Counted from the first letter of the whole stretch, positions 50,740 through 61,406 are shown. The stretch: 61,442 nucleotides of DNA, filler included, from 3 parts of 3 records of this genome joined end to end with filler, not necessarily neighbours in it; one strand, 5' to 3'. The notes: generated by a model not told the origin, from the sequence alone. Program-made: numbers and translations.

Positions 50740-51508
50740 GGGCGTTCTCCTGTGCTTTGAACAGGGTGCCGCCGCCAAGGTATACTTCTTGGACCTGCGG
50801 ATCATTGCGGATTTCATCCACTGTGCCGTTGGCGATCAACTGGCCGCGGTTCAACACCATAATCCGGTGCGCGTGGGCGAAAACCACATCCATATCATGT
50901 TCGGTGAACAAAACGCTGATGCCTTTGGCGTCCAGAATATCCGCTGTCAGTTGCATCAACGCGATCCGTTCGCGTGGTGCCATGCCAGCGGTGGGTTCAT
51001 CCATGAGCAGCAGGATCGGATCGTGGGCCAACGCCACAGCCAATTCCAGCCGTTTAAGGTCACCATAGGCCAGCACGGCGCAGTGTCGTTCCGCCTGATC
51101 GACCATGCCCACGGTATCAAGCAGGGTGAGCGCCTCTTCTCGGTACAGTTTATGGGCAAAGGTTGTCAGGGAATACAGCCGCCTGTGGTGCGAGATCAGC
51201 GCCATTTGCACGTTTTCAACCACGGTCATCGACGCATAGGTGGCGGTGATCTGAAACGTGCGCCCCACCCCCATTCGCCAGATTTTGCGCGGCTGCATGC
51301 CCGCGATGTTCTTGCCCAACAGCTGCACGGTGCCCGAGGATGGTTTCAACTGCCCCATCAGCATGTTGAAACAGGTGCTTTTGCCCGCGCCATTGGGGCC
51401 GATCAGGGCCAGCAATTCACCCTTGGCCAGATCAAAGCTGACGTTATCAACGGCTTTGATGGCACCGAAATTGCGTGACAGATTGCGAACAGACAGGATC
51501 GGGCTCAT
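50732..51508 (-). CDS. LIV-type ABC ATP-binding protein (LivG-like)
   Basis: GPNGAGKST, LAYGD, MDEPTAGM, EHDMDVV. Confidence 0.92.
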   Translation of the reverse strand: MSPILSVRNLSRNFGAIKAVDNVSFDLAKGELLALIGPNGAGKSTCFNMLMGQLKPSSGTVQLLGKNIAGMQPRKIWRMGVGRTFQITATYASMTVVENVQMALISHHRRLYSLTTFAHKLYREEALTLLDTVGMVDQAERHCAVLAYGDLKRLELAVALAHDPILLLMDEPTAGMAPRERIALMQLTADILDAKGISVLFTEHDMDVVFAHAHRIMVLNRGQLIANGTVDEIRNDPQVQEVYLGGGTLFKAQENAHA

Positions 51509-53367
51509 TTCGCGTCCTCCGGTACCTTGAGAATGCCAAAGCGTTCACCCGCCTTGCGCAACGATCCAACGATGCCTTCGGGGCCAAGGATCACAACGAC
51601 GATGATCGACAGGCCCAAGGCGAGGCGCCAGTATTCAAACCGGGTCAGGTAATCCTTGATCCCTTCAAAGAACGCAGCACCGACCCAGCCCCCGGACAGG
51701 GTTTTCACACCCCCAAGGAACACCACGATCAAGGCGTCGAAACTGCGTGCGGTTTCCAATTCGTTGGGAAAAATGCTGCCCTTGGAAAAGACGAATAGCC
51801 CGCCCGCAAGACCTGCCATGATACCGGCAAAGGTAAAGGCAACCCATTGAATACGCTTGGTGTTGATGCCCATCGCCTCGGCTTGGCGGGCGCTGTCGCG
51901 TGCGGCGCGCATCGCATAGCCAAACGGGGCGTGGGCCGCCTGTCGCAACAACAAGATACCCCCGATACACAGCACGAATGCGAGGTAATAATAGACGTCG
52001 TTGTCGGATGCCCAGTCGGACGGCCAGATGTTGACCAAACCATCATCACCGCCGGTCACATCCCCCCATTGGAATGCGAGGCTCCACAGCAGTTGACCAA
52101 AGGCCAAGGTCAGCATCGCGAAATAAACGCCGGTCGAACGCAGACAGACCCAGCCGATCACGATGGCGGCCAGACCTGCGCAAATGGGTGCCAGCACCAG
52201 CGCCAGTTCCATCGGGGTGTTGGCGTAGGTCACGAATAACGCCGCCGCATAGGCCCCGCCGCCGAAAAACGCGGCATGACCAAAGCTGACCAGCCCCCCT
52301 TGACCCAACATAAAGTGCAGCGATGCGGCGAAGAGGCAGAAAATCATGATGTCTGTCACCAGGACGACGGCAAAGTTACCGCTATAGAATGGCAAAAGCC
52401 CAAGGATCAGCAGCCCGGCCGCGACCAGCCATCGCACACGGTTTCCCGCAGGTTTGATGGGACGTTCAGGTTCGCCGACCTGACCGTGTTCGCCCGCGAT
52501 TTCCTCTTTGCCCAGCAGACCAAAGGGGCGGAACATCAACACGATGACCATCACCACGAACATAAGAACCAGCGTCGATTGCGGGGCATAGGTGACGCCA
52601 AAGACGTTCAGGACGGAAATGATCACCGCCGCCAGATAGGCCCCGGGCAGCGACCCCATGCCGCCAATAACCACAACCACAAAGACCGATCCCAGAATGG
52701 TGAAATCCATCAACAGGTCGGCACCGCCCTTTGGCAGTTGCAGCGCACCACCAAGACCCGCCAAGGCACAGCCCAGAAAAAATACTCCGGTGAACAGCCA
52801 CGCTTGGTTCACGCCAAGGGCGCTGACCATCTCGCGGTCTTGGGTGGCGGCGCGCACCAATGTACCGACGCGGGTTTTGGTGATCAGATACCACAGACCA
52901 AAGGCGACAAAGGGGGTGATCACGATCAGCGCGATGTCATATTGGGGCACCGGTTCGCCCATGATGCGGATCACACCCTTTAGACCCGGCGCGCGTGGTC
53001 CCAGCAAATCCTGCGGCCCCCAGATCATCAGCGCGAGGTCTTGAATAACGAGGATCACGCCAAAGGTTGCAACCAGCTGAAACAGTTCAGGTGCGCTGTA
53101 GACAGGGCGCAGCACACAGATTTCGACGATGACACCGATCAGGCCAACGATAATTCCCGCCAGCAAAATAGCGCCCCAAAATCCGACCATTCCGGGCAGC
53201 ACCTGCATCAGCGAATAGCCAACATAGGCACCGAGCATATAAAATGATCCGTGGGCAAAGTTCACAACGCGGGTCACGCCAAAAATCAGCGATAGACCCG
53301 AAGCAACCATGAAAAGCGCGCCAGCGTTTGCAAGCCCAGTCAGAATCTGTGCGATAAAAAGGCCCAT
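51505..53367 (-). CDS. Fused LivH-LivM ABC permease
   Basis: 620 aa with a LivH-type half (GLSLIFG..VVNFAHG) and a LivM-type half (GLVSFGHAAFFG). Confidence 0.9.
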   Translation of the reverse strand: MGLFIAQILTGLANAGALFMVASGLSLIFGVTRVVNFAHGSFYMLGAYVGYSLMQVLPGMVGFWGAILLAGIIVGLIGVIVEICVLRPVYSAPELFQLVATFGVILVIQDLALMIWGPQDLLGPRAPGLKGVIRIMGEPVPQYDIALIVITPFVAFGLWYLITKTRVGTLVRAATQDREMVSALGVNQAWLFTGVFFLGCALAGLGGALQLPKGGADLLMDFTILGSVFVVVVIGGMGSLPGAYLAAVIISVLNVFGVTYAPQSTLVLMFVVMVIVLMFRPFGLLGKEEIAGEHGQVGEPERPIKPAGNRVRWLVAAGLLILGLLPFYSGNFAVVLVTDIMIFCLFAASLHFMLGQGGLVSFGHAAFFGGGAYAAALFVTYANTPMELALVLAPICAGLAAIVIGWVCLRSTGVYFAMLTLAFGQLLWSLAFQWGDVTGGDDGLVNIWPSDWASDNDVYYYLAFVLCIGGILLLRQAAHAPFGYAMRAARDSARQAEAMGINTKRIQWVAFTFAGIMAGLAGGLFVFSKGSIFPNELETARSFDALIVVFLGGVKTLSGGWVGAAFFEGIKDYLTRFEYWRLALGLSIIVVVILGPEGIVGSLRKAGERFGILKVPEDAK

Positions 53368-53400
53368 CAGCCACCTCGATCAATTTGGGGAATAGGTTTG

Positions 53401-53436
53401 GCCGCTCCGGAAAGGGGTTCCCATCCGGAGCGGCAC
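53401..53436 (-). terminator. Stem-loop after the SBP gene
   Basis: GCCGCTCCGGA...TCCGGAGCGGC inverted repeat between SBP and permease. Confidence 0.55.
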
Positions 53437-53442
53437 CAGCCG

Positions 53443-54660
53443 TTATTCTGCAGGGCGCAGTTTTGCGACTTCTTCGTCAGATGGCAGATAGTCGGCACCA
53501 TCCAGATAGGTCCAGTCGGTCATGACCCCTGCCCCGTCTTTCAAAGCGGTCGTACCGACAAAGGCACCCATCGTTGCCTGATTGTCGATCTCGCGGAAGG
53601 TGATGTCGCCCACTGGTGTGGCAACGCCAAGCCCTTCAAACGCCTGACGGATCGCGTCGCCATCTGTTGAACCGGCTTTCTGGATCGCCGCCGCAACGGT
53701 TGCTGCGGTCATATACCCGACAAGCGAACCCAGCTTGGGTGTCTCGTTGAAACGCGCCTGATAGGCATCCACAAAGGTTTTGTTCGCGCCGTCTTCCTCG
53801 GTGAAATCATACCAAGGGTACCCGGTGACAACCCACCCTTCGGGCGCTTCGTCGGCCAGCGGTTCCATATACTCGGGCTCGCCCGACAGCAGGCCATAGA
53901 CCGTGCGGCCGTCAAACAACCCGCGGGTTGTGCCTTCGCGTACGAATTTGGCCAGATCGGGGCCAAAGGTCACGTTATAGATTGCATCGGGTTTGGACCG
54001 TTCCAGCGCTTGCACCTCGGCGCCTGCGTCGATTTTGAACAAGGCGGGCCATTGCTCACCCACGAATTCAACACCGGGCTTCAGTTCGGTCAGCACTTCC
54101 TTGAACGCGGCAACCGCATCTTTGCCATAGGCATAGTTTGGCGCGATGGTGGCATATTTCATCGCATCGGTTTTGGCGGCCTGTTCGGCCAGCATCGCGG
54201 CCTGCATATAGGTCGAGGTGCGCAAACGGAACGTCCACGGGTTGCCTTGCGACCATGTCAGCGCGTCGGCAAGCGGTTCAGCGGCCAGATACACCCACTG
54301 CTTTTCCGCAGCGACTGACGAAATGGCGAGGCCAACGTTGGACAAGATCGTGCCGGTCAGCATCACGGCACCTTCGCTGGTCATCAGCTCTTCGGCGATT
54401 TTGATTGCCTCGCCGGGGTCGCCTTGGTCATCGCGAAAGATAAACTCGAGCGGGCGGCCCAGCACACCGCCAGCGGCGTTGATTTCTTCCAGGCGCAGTT
54501 CGATGCCCTGTTTGTAGGGCTCTGCAAAAGCGGCCATGCGCTTGTAGTGGTTGATTTCGCCAACCTTGATCGGTTCGCCCGATTGGGCCAAAGCGGCAAG
54601 GCCCGTCACGCTAAGGGCCGCAGCCCCAACAAGGGTTTTCAGGAAAGTATTTCTATTCAT
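53443..54660 (-). CDS. LIV-family ABC substrate-binding protein
   Basis: EEINAAGGVLGRPL..RDD and NYAYG motifs; start MNRNTFLK follows AGAGGA. Confidence 0.88.
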   Translation of the reverse strand: MNRNTFLKTLVGAAALSVTGLAALAQSGEPIKVGEINHYKRMAAFAEPYKQGIELRLEEINAAGGVLGRPLEFIFRDDQGDPGEAIKIAEELMTSEGAVMLTGTILSNVGLAISSVAAEKQWVYLAAEPLADALTWSQGNPWTFRLRTSTYMQAAMLAEQAAKTDAMKYATIAPNYAYGKDAVAAFKEVLTELKPGVEFVGEQWPALFKIDAGAEVQALERSKPDAIYNVTFGPDLAKFVREGTTRGLFDGRTVYGLLSGEPEYMEPLADEAPEGWVVTGYPWYDFTEEDGANKTFVDAYQARFNETPKLGSLVGYMTAATVAAAIQKAGSTDGDAIRQAFEGLGVATPVGDITFREIDNQATMGAFVGTTALKDGAGVMTDWTYLDGADYLPSDEEVAKLRPAE

Positions 54661-54712
54661 TTGGTGTCCTCTCTGGTGGGTGGGTGCCGTCTTTTGCGGC
54701 TTTTTTTGTGGT

Positions 54713-55366
54713 TTAATCGTGTTGGACAAAGACCGGCGAGATTGGCTCGCCCAGATCGTCAGTGGCTTCGGCTTCGACCCGGTCACGAATGCGCTTGCGA
54801 TAAACATTGGGCGCTTTATCGATCGCGATACGGATGGGTTTGCGCTTTTGCGGGCGCTGCTCCTCTTCGTGCACGGCCTCAAGGATCGCTTTGTCTTCTG
54901 CAAAGGCAATCCGGAACATCGCATCCATCTTGTCAGACGCGGCATCATCCCCAAGGGCTGTATTCCGCAGGTGCATCCAGTGGTCGATCGTATAATCCTC
55001 GGTCACGGGGGTGACGAAATGCAGCGCAAAAATGCGCACGCCTTTGTTGCGTTGTTCTTCGGGAAGTTCAAGCGCAGCATCAGCCGACCCAAAATCAATC
55101 ACTGCGGTCGACGGCATGTGCAGATAGTAATAGTGCCAGCGATCCACATTGCCGTCAAAACCGCCAAACTCCTTAAAAAAGCCGATGGGTTCGGCATCCC
55201 TGATCCAACGCCACGCGACGATGACCTCGTCCGCGGTTTTCACATGGACCGGCACGTTTTCCGAGGCGGCATTCCCCAACGTTGTCGGGTGAACAAAGCT
55301 GACATGCGCAGGATCCACCAGATTTTCCGCGACGTTCAGGTAATTCGCCTTGATATGCAGTTTGTC
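54713..55366 (-). CDS. Rieske non-heme iron oxygenase alpha subunit, VanA-type C-terminal domain, 5'-truncated
   Basis: ENLVDPAHVSFVH mononuclear iron motif, HFVTPVT, AFAEDKAILEA; frame is open to the contig edge. Confidence 0.85.
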   Translation of the reverse strand, partial: DKLHIKANYLNVAENLVDPAHVSFVHPTTLGNAASENVPVHVKTADEVIVAWRWIRDAEPIGFFKEFGGFDGNVDRWHYYYLHMPSTAVIDFGSADAALELPEEQRNKGVRIFALHFVTPVTEDYTIDHWMHLRNTALGDDAASDKMDAMFRIAFAEDKAILEAVHEEEQRPQKRKPIRIAIDKAPNVYRKRIRDRVEAEATDDLGEPISPVFVQHD

Positions 55367-55466
55367 NNNNNNNNNNNNNNNNNNNNNNNNNNNNNNNNNN
55401 NNNNNNNNNNTTAATTAATTAANNNNNNNNNNNNNNNNNNNNNNNNNNNNNNNNNNNNNNNNNNNN
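55367..55466. other. Artificial contig linker
   Basis: 44 N + TTAATTAATTAA + 44 N. Confidence 0.98.
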
Positions 55467-55467
55467 T

Positions 55468-55528
55468 CAACAACCGCCCATTCTGCACCGAGACGAGAGT
55501 GCGAGTGTTCAACAACCGCCTATTCTGC
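55468..55528 (+). repeat. 42-bp coding tandem repeat (QQPPILHRDESASV) at contig start
   Basis: CAACAACCGCC(C/T)ATTCTGC occurs at 55468 and 55510. Confidence 0.7.
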
Positions 55529-58116
55529 TTCAGTGGTGGTCTGGCGGCCGGTGCTACGCACGCCAAATCGCTGAGCTGGTGGTCTGGCCAACAGCAGAGA
55601 AGGCGGCGACTGTCGACGACCCCTCAAGTGCAGGTAGCTCGGCCCTCGGCAAGCGCGGAGGTGCGAGTGTGTGCCTGTCGGTAACGCCCCGGTACCAGCC
55701 TCGAGCGCTCTTGTCGGCCTCGCAGTGGGCGGAACTTGCGCCGAAAATGGTCGCCCTTGCGCACACAGCGAGCGTTGGGCTGAAGGAGTTGACGAATGCC
55801 CCCGCTACTGTCTCGAAGCAGCTGCGGAAGAAGAACAAAAAGCACAAGACCACGGCGAAGAAGCTCCAAGCCGTTGCGGAAGAAAAACCGCAGCAGGGCC
55901 CGAGCAACAACGTGGCAGGCGGCGCGAGCAAGACCACCGCCCGCTACACTAAGCAGCAGAAAAAGCGGCAAAGACTCATGATGTGCATGCGAGAATTGAA
56001 AATGGCTTGCGGGTGCAGCTTTGATACTTTTGCGCACAGTCATGGGCAGCACCATGAGAAAGAGATCCGTAGTTTCAGTGATGCCATTGCGCATCCTACC
56101 TCCCAGCATACTAGCAAGAGAGGAAAAGGTCTTGAAAGTGAGTGGAAGACAACAATTGCAGAGCTCACAGCCGTGGGGCACCAACTTAATGTTCGTGAAG
56201 CTGACAAAGCGCTTTCGACTCGAGGCCTCAGCTCGCCGGCTGCATTAGATGATGACAGGCTGAACAACTGTGAATCCATGGGCGGCAAGGCGCAGCTTGT
56301 CAATGGATGCTTCCGAACCTGCGACTCTTTGGCTTCAAGTACTGTCAAGGGCGGTCAACTGCAACGCTTTGCTCCAAAGCGTTTTCACGGGATTGATTGG
56401 GAGCAACTCCCCAAATCTCTGCACATGATGCACCATGCGAAGCAAAAGACAGGGGCGGCGCGAGAACAGCGACGGGGCGACGTTCGACGCCTGCAACGCA
56501 AACGACGCCAGGTCAGGTCGCTGAGCGCTGTCGCTGTGCAAACTGTGATTACCTTTTTCGTTCAGGGTGCCGATCGGTTGACATCTTTCATGCTTGCCTT
56601 TTGTGCTTGCGTGTCAAGTGTGATGCGTTTGCGGCGGCGGTTCATGCACTGAACCTGCCATCGGGGACGTCGGTTGTCGATTTTGGTTGCGGTTCATGTG
56701 GGCTGACCCTCCCTCTTGCATGGACTTTCCCTCATCTGAAGTTTACTGGGGTGGATATCAAGCAGCAGGTACTTATGGAAGACTGTCTAGTGGCGAGAGT
56801 GTTGCCAAACCCAAGTAATCGTGAATTGTTTATCAGAAATGCATTGCTCCGTACGCATTTGCAAACGACTCCACCCCAGGCGCTCGATTTGATGGCTTCA
56901 CGAGCGGTGGAAGGGGGGCTTACAAATGTTACAACCCACTGTGGATCGGTTGCTGGATACCACCACCAAGTTGGTTTAGTTCTTGCTCTACATGCGTGCG
57001 GCCAGGCGTCAGATGAGGCCATGATGCAGGTCAGTCACAGGGCTACTCGCACGACCGAGTATGTGATATCAAGTCCGCGTCGTTTGAGTGCGTCACTAGT
57101 ACATTTGGAATTTTGGTCACTTTAGGCAGTGCGCTGTTCATGTCCATACTTAATTGCTCCATGCTGCGTGGGCAAAGTAAAGTTTGGCTTTGAGGAAAAC
57201 GGTCGAACAGAACCTGAAAGCGAAGCTGATGATAGGTTGCGAGCATCTGCCACAAGAGCCAGGCGAGGAGCGCAACAGAGAGCCTTTGCATTGCAACGGC
57301 CCAAGGTAACGGGAGGACCTCGGCGCCGCACTGGTGGACTTGAGGCCGAGAAAAAGCGGCGCCGCGGATTTATCAACAATATGGGGCTTGAAAAAGATGG
57401 AGTCCTCGTGCAACTCAAGTACCCACGATCACGCTGGCTTCGGAAGCAACTCGGAGAATGGAGTCAAAGTCAACTGCCTGGGCCAGAAGATTCCCTTGAT
57501 AGTGTGAGTTCAGAAGACCAAGGCAGCAAACCTCCGGACAGCCGCGCAGGGTGCGTTGGGGTTGAAGGAGGTAAAAAAACAGTTGTTGGTTCTTCGAGCT
57601 GCTAATCAAATTGTTTTTTTTTGACAGGGCAAATCAGCACTTCGAAGCCGATCGGGCTCAGCGACGATATGCAGCCATCGCAGCGGGTGCTGACAATTCA
57701 GAAATGCACAACGGAGCTGCGCGTCTTCATTCCGCACCCTCCAAAGCAGACTCCAGCGTTGGCCACGAAATTAGTTACTCAGCACAGCAAGCCTTGGATG
57801 AAATTGCAGATTTCAGCAGGACGTGTGCAAAAGTACGTTTTTTTTTTGATTATATTGATTCTCTTAATTAAAATAAGCAACCCTGCAGATCGTTTTTCGT
57901 CATGCTCTGGCGCGTTGGGTTCCGCACAAATCTCATTTTTACCTTGTATGTAACTTTGAGCAGGTTGTGTCCCTGGACCGCAACGCTTTCGCTACTGAGC
58001 AAGCTGGGTTTGAGACGAGAATTTGCTCAATGCCGGGCCTGCCTAACTCCAAGTCAGATCTTCTTGTCGGTTGGATACCTGGTGACAGTGCCGCGCCCAT
58101 CGTGGGGGAAGTTTGA
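55468..58116 (+). CDS. Eukaryotic spliced gene: GSTCD-like SAM-dependent methyltransferase, 5'-truncated
   Basis: Hand-spliced exons <55468-56511, 56619-56768, 56880-57029, 57126-57550, 57628-57832, 57964-58116, all GT-AG and phase-consistent. Product has RKRRQ, VVDFGCGSCG, VDIK, LALHACG, PCCVGK and C-terminal LDRN...KSDLLVG. Confidence 0.75.
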
Positions 58117-58199
58117 GCTGCAACAACTGAAGCTGGCCATGTTCACACCCAGCGAGTGTATTCGCCAAATTTTGAAATGTCTCATGTAAAGGATTAACA

Positions 58200-61100
58200 T
58201 CACAGGCGCAACTTTGGCTGCGAGTGCCGTTTCCATTGTCGCCGCACAGTGTGCCAGCCCATGCGCCGAATAAAGTCCGTTTCAGACTCCAATTCAACTG
58301 TTTGCATTGCGATAAAATCACGCAGGCGTCTTTGCATCTCCACAGGGGGTATTTGCTGCCAAAGCAAAACGTTGAATTAAAATCACACATACATAGAACC
58401 CAGAAATCGTGACAGTGTGGACGTGACAAATCACGCAAGTTGCTCACAGACGTACGGCAAGCTCGTCTTTGGAGTCAATTCCCATCTGAGTTGCCACCCG
58501 GAGTATGTTTCGCTTGCAAATCTCAACTGCAAGTGCAAAATGATTGGCTTCATTTGGCGAGTGGTCATTGCCGCCTTCCGTTGTAGGGTTGGTGTGATCC
58601 TTGCAGTGTCGAGCCAACCGCTGGCGCCAGACTTTCTGAATAGACCGGGTGGCATGCTCTTCGCACTTGCGACGTTCGACAGGGATAAGAAGGCGCAAGT
58701 TGAGTTTGTTGCGAAGCGCAATCTGTAGTGGCCACAGTGACCCGAAACCAATCCCAGATTTAAGTGTCATCTAGCCACTTGAGAAAAGCACTACAAGGTC
58801 TTCAGCGCTTTGCAAAAAAACAAAAAAGCAGCTTGAATCGTACCTCAACCTGTTGCATGCCATTAATATGATCACCTTTGACTTCTGCAGCGAAGAGCAG
58901 GGAACCCCGGTTTACATTAACCCTGCAAGCATTGCAGATGGCCAAAACATTTGCCTTACAGATCGCCCTCCAGAGCGTGACCAATCAGGAAAGTAGCTCC
59001 AATAAATTCTTGCCAACCAACCTTGTTGCCGCAGTGTTGTCCGCAGATTTTGGTATTGGTTGCTTGGTCTCATTGTCGTCACTTCCCCCACTGGTTGCCG
59101 AAAGATTGCTCTTTGGCAAAAGAGTCCTCCACTGGGCAGGAAATAGAGTTCCTTCAGCCGACAGTAACTCACCCCACGTGATTTCGATTTGCCCCATAAA
59201 GTCATCAGCCCCAAAAGCATCTTTGTCGACAACTTTCACGCGTATTGCAGTGTCGGACAAGTTTGCTTGCAGAATGTCCTTCTCATACCTTGCCAAAAAG
59301 CAACAACCACTACCGATTACAGTCCAGCTCGCCATGCATGGTGTCGTAGACCAGTGTGCATCATCACAATTACATTGCTCTCGAAAGCACGTACAGCGGT
59401 GCAATGAAGACTTCGTTCCAGTACGGATGCACAGTCTCATACTGAACTTTTGTTTGAAACCGGTGGCCGTTCGCGCAATCAACAACTGCATAGGGATCTG
59501 ACACTCCTCCTACGTCTGCGGCTTTAAGGTGTGATGCGCGGATGACGTTCAGAACAATACTCTGGCGCCAGTGGCGGGAAGTCGCAGTACTCTCATCTGA
59601 ACCAACGGCGTTCGCATGGTTCAACCCGCCATCGGCCTTCGGGGACAAAGGATCAGCTGACGTCTCCACAGAGTTTTCATTGCGGTCACTGTACTGAGAC
59701 CCTTTTTCCAAAACCGAAAGTTGTGCAGCCTAGTATCCACATGCATGAGCAGAATTAGCATTGGCCCAACATGTCACGTTCAGCAAATCAAAGCAAGGCG
59801 GTACCATTGCAGGCGCGATTGTCAGAATCAAGCACTCACAGCGGTCCCCAAAATCGTTGATGTACGCCGCATGTGGGTATTTGCTTGATTTGGGCTACCA
59901 ACACTGGCGAGAGCCTCAGTGCTCCGCTGCCGGCGAACGGCAACCGAACTTGACTGGCGACGAAGCACCCTAATCCATTGTGATAGGTGACGAAGCGCTG
60001 AGTGTAGGAGAAGTTGCTTTTTTTTCGGAAAACTCTGGAAAAGATTCATCACATCATCCTTCGGGATAAAGTAGTACTCACAGCGAGTGTTGGTGTGGAC
60101 AGTAAAAGTGTTGAGACTGAACGGCACGCAGACCTGGCAGATAAGACCAATGTCAGACAAGGCAAGATTTTGCAATGGTCAACCCTGGACCAATGACAGT
60201 GCTTTTGCAACAAACAGGGACGCTGCTGTATCCGTACTTCGACATCACCGAAAAAGTCGCCATCTTTGAGCCGGTCCACTGACACATTTCTTGACGAAAA
60301 ATTTCGGGTTATTTTGTTCGGGTGGTGCTTCCTTCGACGATGGCGAAGAATGGCTACTCCCAGGACATCCACCTCGCCATGATTTATCATGTACATCCCC
60401 TTATTCAAGTCTCCACCACGGATGATGTTTGTGTCTCGGAGACACACCTGTCGTTTGAAGTAAGTCCTGTGTTAATATCATGTCATGAACATTCCACATT
60501 GCGTTCGGTTGGCAGGGACAAAATGCTGACCTCGAGCCACAACAAATTGGCGAGCGCGTCGATGAAAATGTCTTCACATTGGGCGAAAAAAGGAATCTTT
60601 AAAATCAGCGACTTGTGAAGCTCAAGCATCACCTTTGAGCGAAGTGCATCCGGCAATTTTTCGAGTGTGTCTTGAACACAGAAGCTCTTCTGTGACAGCA
60701 GCGAACGTAAGCAGCGCAAACGAAAGCGAATATGAGCAAATATGAGCAAGACGCAAATATGAGCAAGCGCATTGCGCGTCAGGGTCACACCCATGGCTGA
60801 CCTGAAGATCCCATTCATACTCAAGAGTATTGTTGACTTTGTCTTGAAGTTCAGCATCAATCGGGTTTAGCTGGAAAAAGCGATCCAGAATGTCAACCTT
60901 TTGTGTCAGGGGCTCATCTGCTAAGAATACTTGCTGCATGACTGACGTCATGAGTGCAAGAATGAGGGCGTATATAATGGCTCCAACAAGCATCATCACA
61001 ATGAGAAATCCACGCTCCCCAGTTGTACTTCCGCTAATATCACCATATCCCACGGAAGTTAGAGTGGCCTGACCGCCGACCGCCGCACAAACAATAGCAG

Positions 61101-61406
61101 CAGGTCAAGTCGTGAAGCCGATTGTGGCACGCGTCATGCCACATGAAAGAACACCGCGCAGGACCACGGAGCTTGCCATCACGCGAAAACAAAAAAAGAA
61201 TTCATCCTGCACTCACCAGAGCGAAATACAGGGTTGGAATCCACTGGTCTACCGCATCGTTGTAGTTGTCGTAGCCGGCCTCGTGCATCCAGTTCTCCCG
61301 TGACACAGCATCTCCTTCCCGTGAGATAAAGATGCCCCAGTAGAGGCAGCCAAGAACGTGGGACACCACCAGTAGAAGGAGAAACAACTTGACGAGCACG
61401 ACGTAC
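58200..61406 (-). CDS. Eukaryotic spliced gene: CNBD-family (KCNH/HCN/CNG-like) K+ channel with C-terminal C2 domain and IQ-like motif, 5'-truncated
   Basis: Hand-spliced exons 61406-61217, 61068-60802, 60689-60531, 60447-60238, 60133-59840, 59729-59395, 59288-59022, 58922-58844, 58722-58456, 58355-58200, with GT-AG introns of 83-148 nt and consistent phases. Product has S5 SHVLGCLYW, pore TLTSVGYGDI, S6, C-linker LPDALRSKV, CNBD GMYMINHGEV...GDFFGD, C2 domain, and IQKVWRQRLAR. The last exon is the least certain. Confidence 0.8.

Noticed and set aside
60729-60766. AATATGAGCAA repeated three times
   Set aside because: Lies inside intron 60690-60801; a simple local duplication with no evidence of function.
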